DNA from: Octopus bimaculoides
Taxonomy: Eukaryota
Reading direction: 5' to 3'
Length of the DNA stretch: 64,000 nucleotides
Assembly (NCBI RefSeq): GCF_001194135.2
Contig: NC_068999.1
Span: forward strand, 52,429,344-52,493,343
Every line of letters starts with the position of its first letter. Position 1 is the stretch's first letter. The notes under the pieces are model-generated. The model was not told the DNA's origin, ran no database searches, and saw nothing but the letters and a program-made list of their open reading frames with translations. Both the position numbers and the translations under genes were made by a program. Positions 61,678 to 64,000 of the stretch are shown piece after piece.

Positions 61678-63825
61678 TTTTGAGTGTCATTTAATTCTCC
61701 TGTGATGTTGTATGTTACTACATCTGCTCTATATCTTCAGTTTATCAATGAAGGGCCAGAAATTCGAAATAGCCAAAGCTGTGGCAAAAGTCGTAATTAG
61801 TACACTAACCAAACAGGATTATGTAAATGTAATATGTGCCCGTGCCAGTCATTGGGATGAAGTTGGCAAGTAAGTAACCAAGCTAAACCTGTTGTTATTC
61901 TTACTTATATAAATATAATGTAATTTCATTATGGTCAAGGTGAGATTTTGTTGAGGAGAATTAGTGGATATCATTTCTCCAGGATTAACTGTCCCCTGTT
62001 GATATTTGATAAGGTTAAGGTGGTGAGCTGGCAGAATCATTAGCATACCAGGCAAGTAGCTTAGTGGCATTTTGGCCATCTTTACATTCTGTGTTCACTT
62101 CACATTCCGCTGAAGAGGTTGACTTTGCCTTTCATCCTTTCGGGAGGAAGTGGTGGGGTGGAGAGGAGGGAATTAAATAACTACTAATTGAGCAGTGTCC
62201 TTTGTTTCCAATTTTTCATGAAAATAATGTCTGGTCATGAGGAAATATTACTTTGCTTGGAAATAGATGAGTGCTGGTGACAGGAAGAGCATCTGGTTGT
62301 GGAAAGTCTGCTTCAACAAATTCTGTCCCACCTATGCAAGCATGAAAAATAGGACATTAAAACAATGATGAGGACAACTGCCACCACCACCATCACCATC
62401 ATGATCATCATCATTTGGCCTGTGTCAGTCTGTGGCAAGCGTTTGGGACAAGTCTTCCTGCCAGCCCCCAGAGGCCCTGAAGAAGGTCATAGGTGTCCTT
62501 CTTTCTCTGGTTAAGCTAAAGAAATATCTGCATCAAGCCCTACAGGTTTATGAAGTTGGGTTTTATTGGGATTCTCAAGCTATTTAGGCTGTGAGTACAA
62601 GTCACCACCTTGAACAGTATGTCAGATCATCACAGGATTAACTCCCAAGTGCCGTTGATTATTAACCAGTCGTGCTGTTTGCATGGATTCTCATAACTCC
62701 ATGTCACCATCCAATTCTATTTTAATTGGCAGCTTAAGTCATGCTGAATCTTTCATTGGCTGATTACAAAACCATGAACACCTCTTGTCTAAGCATTTAA
62801 TATATCTTGTACTTCAAGGGTAAGCTTAAAAGAACAGGAGACTAGCAGAGTAAACTGTAGATAAACCAGCAGAAGATGATGGGAAAACTGCTGCTGTATC
62901 TTTGATCAGAAAAATCCTGGTTCTTTAGATTTTGGTAAAGAGATTCATGATTTCTGATCCTTGTAAGCATGGTAGATGAAGAAGAGAATCACTGAGCAAT
63001 GTGAAAATAAAGTGCCTTGCTCAAGGTTACAGTGTGCTACCTGGTCCAAGAATTGAACCCATGACCTGACAATTCTGAGTTTCTAATCATTGGGTCACAT
63101 GCATCACTCTTCAGACTAAGTCATGCAAAACCTTTTTTTAAATATTATGCTATTAGTATCACATTCAGTTTCTCTTGGTTTTCTTTTCAGATGGCATCAT
63201 TTCACTACAGAAGTCCTCAGCTGTCAGCAAAACAGAATGGTTCCAGCCACCATCGCACATCGAAAAGATTTAATTGAAAAAATTTATAGTTTAAAAGCTG
63301 GCGGGACCAGTGAATTAGAGTAAGCACTATTACATGTGTTTTCAGTTATAACATCATCATCATCATCATCATCATTTAATGTCTGCTTTCCATGCTAGCA
63401 TGGATTGGACATCATTTATTTAAATATATTCATAGTGATCCTTTTCATTATTTGTTATATTCTAGGCCCCGAAACGGTGCGCATTCTCTCCTGATGACCC
63501 CATACACTTGCTGTCTTCCAGTATGCGGAGTTCTTGACTGGTAGCACTTGCATGTGGGAGTTGTTTGCAAGACATAGTGCTTGTCTGACATGGAACTTAC
63601 TTTTGTTCTATGATTTCTGTCACTACACATCACTGACAATTGCCAATCATTTGATTATTTATTCAAGAGTTTCTCTCATTTCTTCACCTCTGTTTCTTTC
63701 CAGGAAAAGTTTCCAGATGAGTTTTGATTTATTAAATAGTTATCCCCGGACTGGTTGTCAATCTATAATAGTATTCGCTACAGATGGTGTAGATACTGAT
63801 GGAGAACAAATTCGATGCGGTCCAG
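23656..63825 (+). CDS. Partial multi-exon gene, alpha2delta (CACNA2D)/CACHD1-family VWA and Cache domain protein; join(23656..23805,29932..30080,55612..55764,60910..61074,61741..61869,63191..63319,63704..63825); open at both ends
   Basis: Manual splicing gives 997 nt (332 codons plus 1 nt) with no stops. All six introns are GT-AG with matching phases (0,2,2,2,2,2). Peptide has family hallmarks: [70 protein letters not shown]. Exact orthology (CACNA2D vs CACHD1-like paralog) needs a phylogeny, so no symbol is given. Confidence 0.93.
26090..26240 (+). mobile_element. Penelope-like element terminal (pLTR-like) fragment ending in (TA)n
   Basis: Carries a hammerhead-like motif of the kind found in Penelope pLTRs. 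No RT or GIY-YIG coding sequence seen, so the class is inferred. Confidence 0.5.
26128..26164 (+). ncRNA. Minimal type I hammerhead-ribozyme-like motif with short palindromic stem III and A6-to-U core variant
   Basis: TCTTT (stem I) - CTGTTGA - A - GAGC ATA GCTC (stem II) - GAAA - CG - TT - AAAGA (stem I'). AACGTT is a palindrome. Confidence 0.55.
29350..29490 (+). mobile_element. CR1/L2-type LINE 3' end fragment
   Basis: With a small frameshift it reads [28 protein letters not shown], matching the FFxxRVVxxWNxLPxxVV...SFK C-terminal motif. Confidence 0.7.
29581..29905 (+). mobile_element. 5'-truncated Helentron-associated (HINE/DINE-1-like) non-autonomous element
   Basis: tttgtttgtcc microsatellite start, internal near-palindrome gatctggtaccggacaaggattc, subterminal ccttggcagagg, 3' hairpin gtgctc-tct-gagtgc, then tcttgtt. 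Class assigned from this architecture. Confidence 0.55.
29932..30080 (+). CDS. Coding exon B (phase 0-2): [49 protein letters not shown](P)
   Basis: Acceptor ttttatttacag and donor gtaagt; 149 nt. Phase fits exons A and C. Confidence 0.85.
30612..30695 (-). mobile_element. Penelope-like terminal fragment starting inside a truncated hammerhead-like motif
   Basis: Minus strand: (c)ATGAA-GAGATAT ataaa ATATCCC-G-GAAA-CAGCTG-TA-AGA. The CTG of the core is missing. Confidence 0.45.
30955..31240. repeat. (ATCT/GTCT)n tetranucleotide microsatellite; a similar array lies at 51420-51720
   Basis: Direct inspection. Confidence 0.95.
31500..31900 (-). mobile_element. Decayed RTE-type LINE fragment (post-RT region)
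   Basis: NYLD...KAR...[28 protein letters not shown]...[11 protein letters not shown] resembles RTE KIY..V.S.LLYG.E.W...F..RCLRRIL. Confidence 0.55.
34060..34310 (+). mobile_element. Well-preserved tRNA-derived SINE (MetaSINE/Ceph-SINE-like core) lying after an (ATT)n run
   Basis: A-box TGGCTTAGTGG, B-box GGTTTCGATTCC, core tgtgttcttgagcaaaacactt and T-rich tail. Confidence 0.75.
34925..35160 (-). mobile_element. R4/Dong-like retrotransposon internal fragment (region between RT and CCHC)
   Basis: With one frameshift: [42 protein letters not shown], matching KWxxKPLHGxY...VD...xxWL..GLK. Confidence 0.7.
35165..35728 (-). mobile_element. R4/Dong-like retrotransposon 3' end (RLE endonuclease, 3' UTR, AAC/AAT tail)
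   Basis: [44 protein letters not shown]...[20 protein letters not shown]...[10 protein letters not shown]...TAHILRKTL carries PD...D...E/K restriction-like endonuclease motifs. Confidence 0.85.
36622..37110 (+). mobile_element. 5'-truncated RLE-type (R4/Dong-like) retrotransposon 3' end within (CATA)n repeats
   Basis: Open frame 36624-36854: [31 protein letters not shown]...[21 protein letters not shown], then 3' UTR and tacatacata tail. The left flank is also (CATA)n. Confidence 0.75.
41584..41601 (-). repeat. Short interstitial telomere-type repeat (CCCTAA)3; (TTAGGG)3 also at 52571-52588
   Basis: Direct inspection. Confidence 0.8.
43193..43577 (-). mobile_element. 5'-truncated R4/Dong-like retrotransposon 3' end within a (TAA)n microsatellite
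   Basis: [87 protein letters not shown]; long (ATT)n on both flanks. Confidence 0.85.
44760..46330. repeat. Compound trinucleotide low-complexity region (GGT/GTA-rich block, then ACC/ATC/ACT-rich blocks, with a GA run between)
   Basis: Direct; source of the poly-His/Thr/Pro/Val ORFs. Confidence 0.9.
46506..46726. mobile_element. hAT-superfamily MITE (221 bp) with 8-bp TSD CCTTTTAG
   Basis: Identical TSDs at 46498-46505 and 46727-46734. TIRs cagggacgggcaac / gttgcctatgcatg match 10/14. Subterminal agggccacat. Confidence 0.85.
46881..47110 (+). mobile_element. TTAA-flanked MITE family B; other copies at about 60185-60419 and, interrupted, at 56502-56974
   Basis: Three copies share ttaaccttt..., atcaaaa(t)..catgttaatttatgt..caaa, attcttcattattttcaaaatt and ...gtaacaaaagggttaa. 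Confidence 0.7.
53850..54290. mobile_element. Two divergently oriented SINE copies sharing the MetaSINE-like core
   Basis: gtgaagtgttttgctaacgaacacaatgcac (-) faces gtgcattgatcaggagcaaagcactctattt (+). Confidence 0.55.
54575..54860 (+). mobile_element. RTE (BovB-like) LINE apurinic endonuclease fossil
   Basis: In frame with stops: [76 protein letters not shown], matching RTE APE motifs ITNT, KTTW, HWHLLDY and RAMRG..TDH. Confidence 0.85.
55612..55764 (+). CDS. Coding exon C (phase 2-2): [50 protein letters not shown](R); absent from the supplied ORF track
   Basis: Acceptor ttttcttacag and donor gtgagt; 153 nt. Matches the alpha2delta VWA_N segment (LDxVFxxNxxxDPxL). Confidence 0.92.
55821..55985. 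repeat. Minisatellite of about 51 bp, about 3 copies, with internal palindrome TGCAG-TTTA-CTGCA
   Basis: Units ataattgcagttt(g/a)ctgc..cttaa at about 55837, 55890 and 55939. Confidence 0.75.
56290..56500 (+). mobile_element. Well-preserved 3' half of the major SINE family
   Basis: gtgtttgtcccc...cgcttgacaaccgatgctgg...taagtcctggggtcgat...cagtgctccagcatggccgcagtcaaatgactga; recurs at about 3830-4050, and on the opposite strand at about 1660-1850, 11610-11740 and 29505-29578. Confidence 0.75.
56566..56778 (+). mobile_element. MITE family A (TIRs CCCTTTAGC...GCTAAAGGG) nested in a MITE B copy, with four TTAGGG units at its right end
   Basis: Left flank TTAG at 56562-56565; right end GGG, then (TTAGGG)4, then TTAA at 56803-56806. 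The host MITE B continues to 56974. Confidence 0.8.
58490..59051 (-). mobile_element. Tc1/mariner DD37D (maT-type) element, internally deleted and truncated
   Basis: One terminus tacaaggtgcaatgggtgaattg with TA. An N-terminal [18 protein letters not shown] is fused to [24 protein letters not shown], then after a frameshift [22 protein letters not shown]...[13 protein letters not shown]. There are 37 residues between the last two Asp. Confidence 0.9.
60910..61074 (+). CDS. Coding exon D (phase 2-2): [54 protein letters not shown](S)
   Basis: Acceptor tggtttcag and donor gtgaaa; 165 nt. Contains WQYFGS, YDxRxRPWY and PKDVVIVID motifs. Confidence 0.95.
61741..61869 (+). CDS. Coding exon E (phase 2-2): [42 protein letters not shown](K); absent from the supplied ORF track
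   Basis: Acceptor atatcttcag and donor gtaagt; 129 nt. Completes MIDAS DxSxS and VWA helix 1 and strand 2. Confidence 0.93.
63191..63319 (+). CDS. Coding exon F (phase 2-2): [42 protein letters not shown](E)
   Basis: Acceptor ttcttttcag and donor gtaagc; 129 nt. VWA segment with GGT (candidate MIDAS Thr). Confidence 0.93.
63704..63825 (+). CDS. Coding exon G (phase 2-1): [40 protein letters not shown](G)
   Basis: Acceptor tttctttccag and donor gtgaga; 122 nt. CxxxIxxxTDG motif of the alpha2delta VWA domain. Confidence 0.93.
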
Positions 63826-64000
63826 GTGAGACGACATTGATAACATTGAGTCATTGCTAAAAAACTCCCTTTCAAATTCTTTTACAGTCTTTAATCATCA
63901 TCACCAACATCATTTAACATCCATTTTCCATACTGACATGGGTTGGACAGCTTAACAGGAACTGGCTCCATGGCATATATATATATCCCCAACTGGGCAA

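Noticed and set aside
62430-62700. Possible R2/Hero-like fragment on the minus strand (TYDLL..WGL)
   Set aside because: Too short and degenerate to call without a search.
63464-63505. GAAA...CTGATGA resembling a type II hammerhead
   Set aside because: The would-be stem II arms (cccc and cccc) cannot pair.
800-63860. The many ORFs in the supplied track with [16 protein letters not shown], poly-I/H/T or X runs
   Set aside because: They are translations of microsatellites or N gaps, with no domain content or splice support.

Overview
Eukaryotic, AT-rich genomic DNA saturated with microsatellites and SINEs, with ten N-gaps (about 2.8 kb). The repeat families look to me like coleoid cephalopod, probably Octopus; that is inference and was not searched. 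One protein-coding gene is supported: seven + strand exons (23656-23805, 29932-30080, 55612-55764, 60910-61074, 61741-61869, 63191-63319, 63704-63825). They join in one stop-free frame through GT-AG introns with matching phases and give 332 aa of an alpha2delta/CACHD1-family protein (N-terminal helical region, first Cache segment, VWA domain). The signal-peptide exon was not located, and the gene runs past the window end. Almost all ORFs in the supplied track are microsatellite or gap artefacts. The rest is intronic or upstream DNA containing tRNA-derived SINEs, fossils of RTE, CR1-like and R4/Dong-like (RLE) retrotransposons, Penelope-like ends with hammerhead-ribozyme-like motifs, a DD37D Tc1/mariner fragment, TTAA- and hAT-type MITEs and a Helentron-associated-like element. 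No CRISPR, rRNA or true tRNA gene was found. I do not see a clearly new biological system. The best leads are a minimal dimer-type hammerhead motif with a core variant, several RLE retrotransposon lineages each lying in a different microsatellite, telomeric repeats added exactly at a MITE end, and an alpha2delta-like protein with intact MIDAS and amino-acid-binding motifs.
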